DNA from: Pelagomonas calceolata
Taxonomy: Eukaryota
Length of the DNA: 64,000 nt
Reading direction: 5' to 3'
Assembly: GCA_918797485.1 (NCBI GenBank)
Contig: CAKKNE010000001.1
Coordinates: forward strand, 3,224,001 to 3,288,000
Shown: in pieces, positions 1 to 10,096 of the stretch
How positions within the stretch are numbered: position 1 is the first letter of the stretch
How the letters are laid out: every line of letters begins with the position of its first letter
The notes under the pieces: generated by a model
The model's input: the letters and a program-made list of their open reading frames with translations, nothing else
Told to the model about the DNA's origin: nothing
Database searches by the model: none
Made by a program: the position numbers and the translations under genes

Positions 1-786
1 GTTCGGTCGATGGTGCTGCGGCACTCTTGGTAAAATATGCTTCTCGAGCCACCGCGGCACGATCTTGACCGCGGCCCAGCCCACTATGAGGACCAGTAAA
101 ATCATACTACCCAAAGGTAGCGCGTAGGCCATCGGTTTTGCTCGCCGCATCATGTTGTCGACGCAAGTCAACAACGTGATATTCACCAATTCATTCACCG
201 ACGCCGCGGCGATGATCAACTGGCCGATGGGCTGGTTGATGACCGAACCGGCTTTGAGGACATTAAGGGCAATACCAGTCGACATCGTCGCCGTGCACGC
301 GCCGACGACAAAGGCCGGCGTTAATTTGGCGCCCCAGGCCAATGCTACTAATAGTCCAAGTCCTAAAGGTGCGGCACTCCCGACGAATCCGACAGCTAAA
401 CCTCGCGCGCCCACAATTTCCAACATCTCGACGTCGACCATCAGACCCGCTTCCAACGCATGTAAGCACAGACCCACTTCTCCTATACTCTTAAGAGCGG
501 AGGGGAAAGGCACGAAGTCCACGACGTGGGGCCCTAGGATCACGCCGACCAGGATCTCGCCCACGAGCGACGGCGCGCCTGCCGCGGCCGCGATCTTGCC
601 GCTGATCCACACGAGAATGATGAAGATGACCGTGTAAAAAATCTCCGTGAAGTGAGTGAACTTGTCTTCTTTTTTGTCATGGTCATTTTTGTCGCATGGT
701 GGTACAGCAGTGGCCTCCTCGGCCTTGGCGGCGAGAGCTAAAAGGAGGAGCAGCCCGCTCAGGCAGTGGTAGCGCAGGCGCCCCAT
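1..786 (-). CDS. Cation/H+ antiporter (CPA2/Kef-like), N-terminal part; runs off the window start
   Basis: Manual translation from ATG 786: MGRLRYHCLSGLLLLLALAAKAEE (signal-like)...FYTVIFIILVWISGKIAAAAGAPSLVGEILVGVILGPHVV. The P-x-x-VGEILxGxxLGP pattern is typical of CPA2 TM1-2. Confidence 0.8.
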   Translation of the reverse strand, partial: MGRLRYHCLSGLLLLLALAAKAEEATAVPPCDKNDHDKKEDKFTHFTEIFYTVIFIILVWISGKIAAAAGAPSLVGEILVGVILGPHVVDFVPFPSALKSIGEVGLCLHALEAGLMVDVEMLEIVGARGLAVGFVGSAAPLGLGLLVALAWGAKLTPAFVVGACTATMSTGIALNVLKAGSVINQPIGQLIIAAASVNELVNITLLTCVDNMMRRAKPMAYALPLGSMILLVLIVGWAAVKIVPRWLEKHILPRVPQHHRPN

Positions 787-1009
787 GGGTGCGCCGGAGG
801 CTGCGTTTCCACTGCTATGCGGTGTGCGCCGACTACAACAATGCGGCCATCACTTTATGCTTGACATCACAGTGCGAACCGTGCGGGCTTTGTACGCGAG
901 GTCTCGGGGACTCCGTGCGGAGGGTCCCCGACGCATCGACGCGGCCGGCTACGGTTGCTGGGCCTAAGATTTTGAATTCGGGTCCGCGGACCGCGGCGCG
1001 GTGCGGGGG

Positions 1010-1143
1010 AGTTTGCTCTGCTTTGCTAGAGCTTGGCCGCCTAGCCACCGCGACCGACGCGAAGTCTGCTTGACCGCACGCCCGCCCCGGCCTCATGCGC
1101 TGTCGCCCCGAGTGTTAGCTCGGAGGCGACGATGGCGAGGGGG
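1010..1143. repeat. Dispersed intergenic repeat with hairpin (copy 1)
   Basis: cgctgtcgccccgagtgttagctcggaggcgacgatggcgaggggg (1098-1143) recurs at 18503-18548, with similar upstream sequence (agtttgct...cctagccac...acgcccgcccc). Confidence 0.75.
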
Positions 1144-1225
1144 TAAAAGGCGCCCGCCGCCGATGAATCGGCGACGCGCAACAGCAAAGTCACGGTACCA
1201 CATTCTTAGTAGCTACAAAGGTTCA

Positions 1226-2104
1226 TCACGACGCCCCGAGCGCGAGGAGCGACGCCGCGGCGTCGAAGGCCGCGGGCGGCGCGCACGCGACGCGCACGCG
1301 CTGTTTCGGCGAGGCGGGCGGCTCGTCGCGCCCGCGCTTCTTTACGCCGCCCGGCGCCGGGCGCACGGGGCGCAGCGCGAGGAGGTCGTCCAAGTTTTCC
1401 GAGGCACCGGCCCGTTCGTAGACCGTCTCCGCCTCCTGCTGATCAGTAGACCTCCGCCGGTAGCCGAAGTTGTTGAGCTGGCGCTGGAACGACGCGTACT
1501 TCGAGTGCTTGTAGTACTTCGACAGGTTGCGCTCGAGCGCCGCGGGGTCCGGGATCACGATCTCGCCCCGGCGCCAGCGGATGATCTCGGGCCGCTCCTC
1601 GATCATGCGCTTGAGCTGGGCCACGAAGGGGATCGCGCGCCGCTGCTGCTCGTGCGGCGGCGTCACGGGCGGCGTCACAACAGGCGGCACTACCACAGGC
1701 GGCGGCCGCGCGAAGCGCGGCAGCGCCCGGCCCGGCGGCCGCACGAAGGGCAGCGCCCGGCCCGGCGGGAAGCCGCGTGGCGCCGGCAGCGCCAGCGGCA
1801 CCCACCCTGCCGGCGCGGGCGCGGGCGCGACGCCGCGCGGCGCAGGGAGCGGGACCCAGCCGGCCGGCGCTGGCGCCGCGGCGCCGCGCGGCCGCGGCAG
1901 CGGCACCCACCGCGCCGGCGCCGGCCCGGGGACGACGCCCCGCGCCGGCGCCGCGCCGACGACGGGCATTAGTGGCAGCCAGCCCGCCCCGGGCGGCGGC
2001 CCGAATGGCAGCATCATCACAGGGGCCGCACCGGGTGGCAAGGCGTGCCGCGGCGGCAGCCAGCGGGGTGCCGCGGCGGCGCGCTGCGGCGTGGGAGGGT
2101 TCAT
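1226..2104 (-). CDS. Heat-shock factor (HSF) DNA-binding domain protein with Pro-rich repeats
   Basis: IPFVAQLKRMI...IIRW...LSKYYKHSKYASFQRQLNNFGYRR is the HSF DNA-binding signature. Start at ATG 2104 (MNPPTP) is inferred. Confidence 0.85.
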   Translation of the reverse strand: MNPPTPQRAAAAPRWLPPRHALPPGAAPVMMLPFGPPPGAGWLPLMPVVGAAPARGVVPGPAPARWVPLPRPRGAAAPAPAGWVPLPAPRGVAPAPAPAGWVPLALPAPRGFPPGRALPFVRPPGRALPRFARPPPVVVPPVVTPPVTPPHEQQRRAIPFVAQLKRMIEERPEIIRWRRGEIVIPDPAALERNLSKYYKHSKYASFQRQLNNFGYRRRSTDQQEAETVYERAGASENLDDLLALRPVRPAPGGVKKRGRDEPPASPKQRVRVACAPPAAFDAAASLLALGAS

Positions 2105-2546
2105 GGCGCCGTTTTGCGGCTGCCCGGCCGCAGCGCAGGGCGCTGGCTCCCACCCAACAAATTTTGTCTTTGTGTTCGGCTCGCCGCCGAGTTGAAACGA
2201 ACAGGTAAAGCGGCGGCCGGGGCGATCCGAGAGACGTCCCACCGGTCGCGGGGCAGCCGATCCCGTCGAGGTGTGCGGTGCTTTGTTGTAGCCCCCGCGC
2301 GCGTTGTGGCCTCGTTTGACTGGGTTCCTGGCTGGCTGGCCTGACTCTACCAGTCCCATGGACCAATCCACGGCTCTCCACGCAGGCATCCGCGCGAAGA
2401 GGGCGGACTCATCGACTTTTGCAAGGTCTTGCACTCCCTGCTGGCCGTGGCTTTTGCGGTGTAGCGCAGCGAGTTGGCATCGACGCACCGAAATTCAGCA
2501 TCAATATGTTAGTTGCGGACTAGGACTTTCAAACTAACCATCGATC

Positions 2547-4178
2547 ATGGCTCGCCGCGTGCTCTTGTTGGGCCTTGCAGCGGCTGCACCCAGAGCCGCC
2601 GCCCTGGTCGCCCCGCGGCCGCGCGTCGTCGCGCGGCCGGCGACCAGCTTGCCGCCGCCGCCGCCGCGGCGACCATCACTTGCAGTCACGCAGCGACGAC
2701 GGCCACTCTTAAAAGCGAAGCCGATCGCCGCGGCCGAGAAGTACACGCTGTATGACTCGCGCTGGGCGCACTTGTTTATGCTCTCGTTCCTAGCGTTCGT
2801 GTCGGACTGGGTCTGCTTCGCGACGGCGGCGAACCCCGGGGCGTTTTCCAGTGCTACTGGTAGGGACCCCGCCGAGATAATCGACCTGTTTCTCCTGTGC
2901 AACGTCGCGAGTTGTTTCTTGTTCACTGATATAGCGAAAGCCTTTGGCCTGCAACGGGTCATGGTCGCCGCGTCCGTATTGATGACGGCGGGGTGTTTCT
3001 TGCGGAGCGGCATCGATCCTTCATCTTTACCGTCGTATGATATGATACGATTGGGTACTGCTTTAGTAGGCTTCTCGCAGCCCTTCTTCCAGTGCTCGCC
3101 ACCCTTGCTCAGTGCGACGTGGTTCGGCGCGCGCGAACGAGCAACAGCAACGGCCACTGCTCTGAATGCGAATCAGTTGGGCATCGCCGCGGCCTTTGTG
3201 GTTGGTGGCTTGGTGGTCGGCGACGACGCCTCGAAACTCCCGGCGTATTTTCTCGATATCTCTGCCGCGTCTCTCGTAGCCTGTGCTTTGACATGTGTGT
3301 TCTTCCGGTCGCGGCCACCGACGCCGCCGACCGCGTCGGCACAACGGGCCGTAGAAAAGTCCGAAGCACCGCCAGAAGACGAACCTACATTTTTAGGCCT
3401 GCGCTACCCCCGCCTCCTGATCGACTTACTCCAAGTGGAAGGCTTCAATCCTTCTCTAGGCGCGTTCGTGTGCTCGATAGGCGTGACGAACGTCATCTCG
3501 GCCTTCGCCGCCGAAGCGTTGCAGCGCGCGGAGTGTCCCCCGGCGGAGCTGGCCGTGGTGGGTGCGGCGTTCCAGGTCGCTATTGTTCTAGGAGGTGTTT
3601 TAGTCGGTGGCTACGTCGACGAAACGCGGACGTTTAAGCGGACGACACTAGTCTGTCTCATGGTGGCTACCGCTTGTGTGACATCCTTAGGCCTGGCCGA
3701 GGGTTTTGATCAACACTTTCCGAACTTCGTGGTCGTAGGCGTGTTGCTATTGTTGGGCGGATTCATCGGTCCCGTGCAGCCCATCAACGCGGAGCTAGCG
3801 GTGGAAGTCGCTTACCCAGCGGACGAGAACGCCATCGAGGCGACACAACAGCTGTCCGGGAATTTAGCTTCCGCGTTGTTGGTCCCACTATATCAGTTCC
3901 TGGCCGGCGTCGACGTGACCTTCGTGCCGTCGGACGCGCCGCACGGGCCGCTAGGCCTGTCCAAAGCGGCGGGCGGCTTTGCGCGCGCCGTGACGGCAGC
4001 AGGGCGGCCCGACGTCACGACCATAACTCTGATCGACCCGGAGTTTTTAGATGTGGAGCGCGCCTTCGACATGCGTGGTGATGATATTTTATTATTACTA
4101 CTGCTGGTGGGCACAATCGGCTTCTTCTCGCGCGCGGACTTCGACTTGAGGCGGTCCGCGGTCGACGACGCGTCATAA
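2547..4178 (+). CDS. MFS transporter (FLVCR/SLC49-like) with N-terminal targeting-like peptide
   Basis: 543-aa ORF with about 12 hydrophobic segments; YDSRW, QPF...PPLLSATWFGARERATATA...ANQLG and ELAVEVAYP motifs. Confidence 0.85.
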   Translation: MARRVLLLGLAAAAPRAAALVAPRPRVVARPATSLPPPPPRRPSLAVTQRRRPLLKAKPIAAAEKYTLYDSRWAHLFMLSFLAFVSDWVCFATAANPGAFSSATGRDPAEIIDLFLLCNVASCFLFTDIAKAFGLQRVMVAASVLMTAGCFLRSGIDPSSLPSYDMIRLGTALVGFSQPFFQCSPPLLSATWFGARERATATATALNANQLGIAAAFVVGGLVVGDDASKLPAYFLDISAASLVACALTCVFFRSRPPTPPTASAQRAVEKSEAPPEDEPTFLGLRYPRLLIDLLQVEGFNPSLGAFVCSIGVTNVISAFAAEALQRAECPPAELAVVGAAFQVAIVLGGVLVGGYVDETRTFKRTTLVCLMVATACVTSLGLAEGFDQHFPNFVVVGVLLLLGGFIGPVQPINAELAVEVAYPADENAIEATQQLSGNLASALLVPLYQFLAGVDVTFVPSDAPHGPLGLSKAAGGFARAVTAAGRPDVTTITLIDPEFLDVERAFDMRGDDILLLLLLVGTIGFFSRADFDLRRSAVDDAS

Positions 4179-4190
4179 GTAACACAATCG

Positions 4191-5456
4191 TTAAGTAGGC
4201 TTCTTCCCGAACCCCATCAGCGCCGACGCCTGGGATGCGGCGGCCGACGCCGTCGAGACGGCGCCCCCGACGGCGGCTTGCGCGGCGGCCTTTCGCTTCG
4301 CGGGGTCGCGCGCGGCGTCGAACGCGGCGCGCGCGCCCTTCTGGGCCATCTCCTGCGCTAACGCTGCGCGGTCGGCCATCGACGGCTCCGGGTCCAACTC
4401 CTCCGAGTACTCCGCGAGTTCGATGGTCCTCGACCTGTGTGGAAGTCAAAATTCGGGCGCCCCACGCCATCGACGCGATGTTGCCTCCATACCTAACTCG
4501 CTGGTTGATTTCCACGCAGGTCGCGACCCGTCGCGGAAGTCGGCCAGGCCCGCCTTGCCGGCGACCGCCGCTTCCGTGTCGACCAAGGAAGACACGGCCG
4601 CGCCGACGGGCAGCATCGACGCTCCTGGGACGCCGCTACACAAATACACGAACAGGGCCTGGGCCGCCGTCTCCACGACCTGTGCGGAAAGCAAGATCTC
4701 ACGACGCCTTCGTGCTGAATCGTCGCGTCGTCCTCCACTGCTCGATGGCGTGGCGATGCCGGTTCCTCACCGCTCGACCGTGCACCCGACGCACTGGTTG
4801 ATTTCCACACAGTCCACGACCGTACTCATGGCCCCCGCGGCGACCGCCTCGGCCTTGGTCCCGGCCATAGCATACAAAACACGAGCTCTTGTTTGAGGTA
4901 GGCTCAAGTCGTGCCCGCGCAACGCACAGACCAACAGCGTCCCCCGCAGCAACTTCCAAAGGGGGGCAATAATAGCAGAACACGCTCCTAAACCAGGCAC
5001 GAAGGCCACCAAGAATTGAACCGTATCTTCAGACATGGTCGTCGCGAAGGCCTGCCCGCAGCACCGGTCGGCGTCGCCCGCGAAGTTCCTCAGTAGTTTA
5101 TTCCGCCTTGCTTTTGTACTGCGGAAGCCCTTTGGCAGGCCGTCGACGGCCAACGCGACGAGCGTCATCAACGATGCGACGAATTGCTCCTTGCCCACGT
5201 TGGCCTTGGTCTTCTCCGGCGGCGGCGTCGGGTTCTTCCGCTCCTGCTGCCCCCGGATGCTCGCCTGCAGCTTCGTCGCGGCCCGTCGCTGTTCTTGCTC
5301 GTACGCGGCGATGGCCTCCTTCGTCGTCGTGCCGTTCGACGCCGATGCGTCGAACGCCTTCTGCGCGTCGTCGGTCCAGGCGTCGCCCGCGTAGGCCTTG
5401 GCCTCGTCGAGCGTGACAGTGTCGGGGAGTGCTCCTGCGGAGGCACCGGCACCCAT
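4191..5456 (-). CDS. IQ-motif-containing protein, 3 exons (5456-4821, 4679-4528, 4434-4191)
   Basis: AATKLQASIRGQQERK is an IQ motif. Removing two introner introns joins three ORFs in frame (AMST|VVETAA; FRDG|SRTIEL), giving 344 codons. Confidence 0.7.
4435..4519 (-). mobile_element. Introner family A (intron 4435-4527)
   Basis: TIR ctgtgtggaagtcaa/ttgatttccacgcag; flanking 8-mers tcctcgac/gtcgcgac; splicing restores frame. Confidence 0.85.
4680..4812 (-). mobile_element. Introner family A (intron 4680-4820)
   Basis: TIR ctgtgcggaaa/tttccacacag; perfect 8-bp TSD tccacgac at 4672-4679 and 4813-4820. Confidence 0.95.
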
Positions 5457-5729
5457 GGGGCAGCCTCTCTATGCTACGCTTGTCGTGCGACGGCGGCGAG
5501 GCAGGCCTTGAATCTTCTGTGCGTACGCGTTGTGCCGTAGCGCCCTTCGATAGCAAAGAGGCACTAGCCTTTGTACGGTTTGCTCGGCCACAGCGTTCCC
5601 AACTGTACGGCGCACGCCACACGGGGCAGCGCCAGAACGCATTCGTTCGTTTCCAAACGATCCGCAGTCCCAAGCGAAGCGGTCCAGTAGAGCGGGCAGC
5701 CCAGCCTGCAACCGGGCAGCCTCGACACC

Positions 5730-6332
5730 ATGGCCACCGCCGCCCTCGCCGCCGCGAAGCTCAAGAGGAGAAGCAACGCCGACATGAACCGCCTCAGACA
5801 CCCACCACCACCACCCGCAAGTGGCGACGCGACGATACGGCTGAAACTGCTCACGATCGGCGCCGCGCACAGCGGCAAGAGCTGCATCGTCAAGCGCTAC
5901 TGCGAAGGGAGGTTCGTCTCGAAATATGTGCAGACCGTCGGCGTCGATTATGGGGTCAAGCCCGTGGACGTCGACGGCACGATGGTACGAGTGAATTTCT
6001 GGGACCTGTCCGGCCATTCTGCTTTCTTGGAGGTAAGGAACGAGTTCTACAAGGACACGTCCGCTACTTTACTAGTGTATGACGCGTCGGACCGCAATTC
6101 CTTCGAGGAGCTCGAAACGTGGCTCCGGGAAGCTTTTAGATATGGCATGAAGGAATCAATACCTATCTGCGTCTGCGCGAATAAAATAGATAGGCCGCGG
6201 AAGGTCTCCGAGAGCGAAGGCCGGAAGTGGGCGCGGGACCGAGGCTACGACTACTTCGAGACGTCGGCGCAGTCCGGCGCCAATATATCCGAGGTCTTCG
6301 AGTGCGCGTTCCGCAGGGCGCTCCGGCGGTAA
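5730..6332 (+). CDS. RJL: RJL-family Ras-like GTPase (DNAJC27/RBJ GTPase domain, no J domain)
   Basis: GKSCIVKRYCEGRFVSKY...GVDYGV...VNFWDLSGH...EVRNEFYKD, with NKID and ETSA motifs. The DLSGH (Q to H) switch II is characteristic of RJL. Confidence 0.85.
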   Translation: MATAALAAAKLKRRSNADMNRLRHPPPPPASGDATIRLKLLTIGAAHSGKSCIVKRYCEGRFVSKYVQTVGVDYGVKPVDVDGTMVRVNFWDLSGHSAFLEVRNEFYKDTSATLLVYDASDRNSFEELETWLREAFRYGMKESIPICVCANKIDRPRKVSESEGRKWARDRGYDYFETSAQSGANISEVFECAFRRALRR

Positions 6333-6343
6333 GTATGTGTGTT

Positions 6344-6400
6344 TTACTCGTGGCAGCCGAGGGCGACGTCGCTCCGCGCGACGTGCTCGAGCACGCCCGA
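6344..6400 (-). repeat. Diverged duplicate of the 3' end of the adjacent HAD gene
   Basis: gcagccgagggcgacgtcgctccgcgcgacgtgctcgagcacgcccga matches 6482-6529 closely. Confidence 0.8.
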
Positions 6401-6466
6401 CGTGGGAGCGCTTGCCCTCCGTATCCTGCGGTACCCTGTCGCTCGCGGCTGGACACAAGCACTAAC

Positions 6467-7029
6467 TTACACGCCCTCGCCGCAGCCGAGCGCGAAGTCG
6501 CTCCGCGCGACGTGCTCGAGCACGTCCGAGAGGTCGCGCACGACGGGGGCGCCGCCCTCGCGCCAGCGCGCGCCCTCCGCCGATAACTCGTCGCCGTGAT
6601 TCTCACGGCCGAAGCGGTCGAGGAGCACGGCCCGCATGCCCGCGTCGCGCGCGCCGACGAAGTCCTTCGAGAACGAGTTGCCCACGTGGAGCACGTCGCT
6701 GAAGCCGATCGGAGTGCCCGCGCCGTAGAGCACCTCCCTCGCTACGTTGGCTTTTTCGAGCGTTACGTCGAAGATGCGCTGGTCGGGCTTCATCGCTCCG
6801 ACGTCGCGGGCAAAAATCGTGAAATCGAGATGATCTGACAAGTCCAGCATCGGCAGGATCGCGTCGCCATAGCGCTCGTCGGCATTGCTAATGATGCCCG
6901 TGACAATTTTCCTCCGGCGAGCCCAGGTCAAAAATGGGATCACGTCGGCAAAAACGCCGTAGGTCGCGTGCGAGCCGAACAACGCGTAGATGCGCTGGAA
7001 GACGCGCTCCTGCTGGTCCGCGTCCAGTG
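6467..7029 (-). pseudogene. HAD-like hydrolase (HDHD3-like), C-terminal exon only; N-terminus absent
   Basis: GIISNADER, KPDQRIF, LHVGNSFSKDFVGARDAGM match HAD motifs II-IV. A splice acceptor lies at 7030, but I see no motif-I exon upstream. Confidence 0.6.
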
Positions 7030-7237
7030 CTGCGCGGACGACACCGTGACGCCATCGACGCGAATAACGGACGCTGACCGGCACCGGGCAACGAGACGTA
7101 CTTGGGGGCGGAAAAATTAATTTCTTGAGTCGCGGTGGCGGCGCCGAGCGACTGCGCGCAGGGATAGGCTGTGTTAAGTTCAGTAAAGTTAGTACGCCCC
7201 GAAGAAGCACGGGAAAGCGCGGGCGGGCGCGCACTCC

Positions 7238-9454
7238 CTAGTCGCCGCCCGACTCCGACTCCGACTCCGTGTCTTCCAAGAGCCCCTTCGCCTCGGCCTC
7301 CTCCAATATATTCCCGAGCGCGTATCTGTGCTTGTTGCACTGCTGGGCCACTAAAAAAGCGACGCGGTGCGCCTTGCCGCTCTCGTGCCAGTACTTGGGA
7401 TACCCCTCCGTGTAAACCGCCAACGGCATCGGCATCACCCTTAGACTCTCCACATTCGCCATGTCGCGGCGATACGTCGTGCCGACCACGAAGAACTTTT
7501 CCAAAATATCGAGCTTGTCTTTGTCCTCGACGAGGTCTAGCTTATACGCCTCTGCGAGGGCCTCTCTCTTGAGGCCGTCGGGCCCCGACGCGAGCTCGTT
7601 GACCTTTTCCACTAGTTCAAACTGGTCCACCTGCCCGAGGGCGACCGTCGCGGCTTCGGCGAGCTCCCACAGCTTCTGCGTCTTCGCGGGCGTCGCCCTC
7701 GTCTTGATGTTGAAGCCGATCTGCAGTGGCAGTAAAAGTCGCTCGTCGGTCGCGACGAGGGAGATATCAATATCGCTGTCATGTAACGTGGTGTCCACCT
7801 TTTCCATCATCGCCTCGAAGATCTCCTTCGACGTCGAACCAGTGTGCTCCTCGTCGTCGTCGTCTCCTTCGTCCGAGAGATCACTTAACAAGCTCTGCAC
7901 GGCACAGGCTTCATCGTAACGCTTGCGCAGCGACGGCGACAACTCCAACGCCTTCTCCAGCGCCAGCTTGTGCCCCTCGTCCGTGCACTCATAGTTATAT
8001 TCAGGAGAACTGGTCACCACGTACCTCGGGACTCCTCTGACCTTCATCAGCGTGACGCCCATCGCCACACAAGACGCACGTTTGAATCTATTGCGCTTCC
8101 AATCCCGATCGTTTTCATCCGCATCAAACGGCAGGCCTTCAAAGGCCTTTCTAACGTCCGCGACCATGGATTTCAATTTCTCGGGCGACACATTGATACC
8201 TGCATCTTCGAGCTCCTTGACCTTGCCCTCCGCGAGCTTCATGAGCAATTCATCTTTAGGTATGTTCAATTGCGACACGAGGCTCACTTGACACTGGTAA
8301 AGGCAATTCGTCACGACCTCCTTGGGCGTGCTGCCGAAGTGGCCGAAGCGTCTATTTCCATACGCAGGGACTGCCGGTCTTCTATAAAAAAACTCCTCCG
8401 CGGCCCACGAGAACGTGTCAAAGTCGACGTCGACCTTAGAACTATCGCTTCTCACGTATGTAAATTCGTCGACGGCGTCCTCGTTCTCCTCGTCCTCGTC
8501 CTCGTCCTCGTCCCCATCGTCCGAGTCCGCGTCCTCCTGCTTAGGGAACTGGTCCAACTCCCTCGCTAACACTAGCTTGTACCGTTCTTCACTAAACAAC
8601 TCCCGGGCGTGTCCTAAGTAGTAGCAGTCCCCGTCCCGCCTGAAGGGGCCCCAATCTTTCTTGGGTGGTGGACGCGTCCCGTTTTGGGTCTTCGCGAGCG
8701 CTTCTTCTACTTTTCTCTTCTCCACATACAAGTCGTTCTCGTTGTCCCGCTTCACGGACACCCTAGTTGCATACTCTCCTAATCTTTCGCCGTCGACGAC
8801 GTTCACGACCTTGCCGTGGCAGCTACCATAATTATTTCCCATGAATCTCGAGACCTTGGCGCGCGCGCGCTCCTGCTTCGCGTCCTCGGGCTCGTCCTTC
8901 ACGATCTCTAATGTAACATCCACGACGACCTTGCAGCGCAGCCCGTCCGTGGCGTTGGGCACCTCTACTGATGTAGAATAGTCGGATCCGGATTTAATGT
9001 ACACCACTTCGTTGAGCCGGACCGGCTCTGTTGTCAATACTCGCCTCTCGTTCTTCCAGCAAACGTCGCACCAGCGCTCATCCGCCGGTTCGTCCCAGTC
9101 CTCTTTCATCTGAGCCTTTACACAAGATTTCTGGCACTGGCTGCAGTTCCTCCTTTCCCGCGGCGGCCGCGGCCTTTTCGCGCGGGCCGCCGCGTCGACA
9201 TCGGCCTTGGACGGCTGCTGCTTTGCTTCAAATTCGACCTGTTTTCCGCGGCGCGACGTCCTCGCGGGTAACTTCTTAATCGTGCAGTTACCACACGTCG
9301 ACGAACCCCTTTCCCAGGCCGTCCAACAATTGGGACAGGCCCGTTCTCCGCGTCCCCCCTTCTTGACCTCGATGGCGTTGTTCTTCATTAAATCGAAGCA
9401 TGACTCGTATTCCTCGCCGTCGGGGGAATTCCCGGCGCCGCCCGCGTCCGCCAT
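7238..9454 (-). CDS. Large intronless hypothetical protein with N-terminal CxxC zinc-finger-like motifs and acidic tracts
   Basis: Open ORF 7238-9727. Motifs CPNC...CGNC and CSQC...CDVC. Start at MADAGG (9454) is inferred. Confidence 0.7.
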   Translation of the reverse strand: MADAGGAGNSPDGEEYESCFDLMKNNAIEVKKGGRGERACPNCWTAWERGSSTCGNCTIKKLPARTSRRGKQVEFEAKQQPSKADVDAAARAKRPRPPRERRNCSQCQKSCVKAQMKEDWDEPADERWCDVCWKNERRVLTTEPVRLNEVVYIKSGSDYSTSVEVPNATDGLRCKVVVDVTLEIVKDEPEDAKQERARAKVSRFMGNNYGSCHGKVVNVVDGERLGEYATRVSVKRDNENDLYVEKRKVEEALAKTQNGTRPPPKKDWGPFRRDGDCYYLGHARELFSEERYKLVLARELDQFPKQEDADSDDGDEDEDEDEENEDAVDEFTYVRSDSSKVDVDFDTFSWAAEEFFYRRPAVPAYGNRRFGHFGSTPKEVVTNCLYQCQVSLVSQLNIPKDELLMKLAEGKVKELEDAGINVSPEKLKSMVADVRKAFEGLPFDADENDRDWKRNRFKRASCVAMGVTLMKVRGVPRYVVTSSPEYNYECTDEGHKLALEKALELSPSLRKRYDEACAVQSLLSDLSDEGDDDDEEHTGSTSKEIFEAMMEKVDTTLHDSDIDISLVATDERLLLPLQIGFNIKTRATPAKTQKLWELAEAATVALGQVDQFELVEKVNELASGPDGLKREALAEAYKLDLVEDKDKLDILEKFFVVGTTYRRDMANVESLRVMPMPLAVYTEGYPKYWHESGKAHRVAFLVAQQCNKHRYALGNILEEAEAKGLLEDTESESESGGD

Positions 9455-10096
9455 CAGAAGTGCTGAATGTGCTGAGTGCCGCCTGGTGTCGGCGGGCTGC
9501 GGTCTTCCGCGTGCGGCCGCCCTCGCGCTGCGCCGCGGCGGCGGTCTCTGCGACGTGTGCCTCGACGGGCGCGATGTGCGGCGGCTTGCGAGACGCAGGC
9601 CGCTTGATGGGAAGCGCACGCGCTCGTACGGCGCCGGGCTGCCCCAAAAATGGGCCGAGCGCCTTGGCAGGAGGCCGGGCGGCGCTACCAGCGCCACGGC
9701 TATCGTCGTCCACCACTGGAAAGCCATCTAGAGTCGCGATTATCAGCTTGCTGAGAGCTGCTGAGACGCTGTGCGCCTGCCCGCACGACTTTGCTTTCTC
9801 GTCCATTTGGTCCTTTACTCGCTTCCGAGCAAGCCATGACCTGCGGGACAAATCTGCGCGTATCTGAAAAACCCAATATTTGCGCTCAGGCCGAGCTCGA
9901 GGCCAGGCTTTGCGCCAGGCACAGACCGACGGACCGCGAAGGCGGCACAATATCGCAGCTTCTTAACGCGGCGCCCCGCCGCGATCACGCAGCGCCTCCT
10001 TCGGAGCAGCCCCGTTGCTCCGCTGATAAAAACCAGCACACCAAGCTCCAGGCACGAGACCAGGCGACGCCGGCGCCGTCCGTAAGTGCGTCAAAG

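Noticed and set aside
152..2381. Long antisense or alternative-frame ORFs (e.g. 152-637, 1001-1972, 1527-2195) and many similar ones throughout the window
   Set aside because: Shadow ORFs of real genes in GC-rich DNA, with Arg/Pro/Ala-rich translations.
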